The notes beneath the pieces were generated by a model. That model made no database searches. It was not told where the DNA came from and worked only from the letters and a program-made list of their open reading frames with translations. From Octopus bimaculoides (lineage: Eukaryota): a stretch of DNA of 64,000 nucleotides. The translations under genes were made by a program, and so were the position numbers. The DNA lies in contig NC_068983.1 of NCBI RefSeq assembly GCF_001194135.2, positions 7,120,317-7,184,316 of the forward strand. Direction: 5' to 3'. Numbering within the stretch: position 1 is the first letter of the stretch; each line of letters starts with the position of its first letter. Below, one piece after another: positions 62,915-64,000 of the stretch.

Positions 62915-63947
62915 TTGTGGCAGATACTTGTGTCATACAGTGGCATGCAAAAGCACCCATTACACTCTCGGAGTGGTTGGCATTAGGAAGGGCATCCAGC
63001 TGTAGAAACCTTGCCAAATCAGACTGGAGTCTGGTGCAGCCTTCCAGCTGGCCAGCCCTGGTCAAACCGTCCAACCCATGCCAGCATGGACAATGGCCGG
63101 CAAATGATGATAATATGTGTGCGTGTGTGTATACAATGGGCTTCTTTCAATTTCTGTCTTCCAATTCCCATTCACAAGGCTTTGGTCAACATGAGATTTT
63201 GGTTGAAGACACTTGCCCAAGCTTGGGCCATGTATGCAGATGTACGGTCAGCCTTAATTAATAGGGGCCCTACCTCTATACTGGTTAATGTGTGGGCCTG
63301 ATAACACAATATGGTTAATGAGATACATATAATCTGGGAGAACCTTAGTGCAGGTGAAACACGACTGACTACCTCAGAAGAGCAGAGACTACTGGTGTAG
63401 CAGTTGAAAAATCACATCGAAGAGACATTTTGTCTGGAGGTCAGAGATATATATCGTTACTAATGACTCAGCATAGTGGTTCTGGTGCCAAGATGCTAAA
63501 GTGACTCTCTGAAAATATCTAAAATTTACCAAAATACAATCTACAACCTCACCCAAATCGCTGTCATTACAGAACAAAAATATTAGATAACAGTTAAAAG
63601 AAAAATAAATATATATAAATTTAATGTTACACACAATAATTCTCATTATATTTATTATCAGATTTTTTTGCTCATTCTAACTGGTTCCAACAAAGAAATC
63701 ATTACCATATTTTAAAAGATTAATTCAACAGAAAATATATTTTGGAAATTGTAATTTTTTTTCACTTATTTGTTTTAATATCTTTTTAACTTTATTACTA
63801 CTAATATTATTATTTTTTTTTCCATTTTTTGCAAATAACAGCTAAATTCTTTATGGCATTGAAGGAAGGAAATATTTACATAAGGAACTATTACATCTAT
63901 TTACTTTTAACAGTTTTACTAACGCTGTATGTATGTATATATATGTA

Positions 63948-64000
<53 letters not shown>

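Overview
Draft-assembly eukaryotic DNA: AT-rich, 12 N-gaps, saturated with SINEs and microsatellites. The repeat landscape looks like an octopus/coleoid cephalopod genome (inference). One protein-coding gene is supported: a + strand, multi-exon PAP2/lipid phosphate phosphatase-related (PLPPR-like) membrane protein. Seven coding exons (8175-37677) splice in frame through canonical AG/GT sites; the exon for the start and TM1 was not found. The protein keeps phosphatase motif C1 but has lost the catalytic residues of C2 and C3, so it is a predicted pseudophosphatase. The most unusual signal is intronic: seven minimal hammerhead-ribozyme-like motifs in Penelope-like terminal-repeat fragments. Six of them sit in three outward-facing inverted pairs, and four carry a U3 core variant. 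Also present: nested transposon insertions, long intronic inverted repeats, a pre-miRNA-sized hairpin, RTE and Helitron fossils, degenerate minisatellites and several candidate regulatory modules. Nearly all ORFs in the supplied track are gap or microsatellite artefacts.
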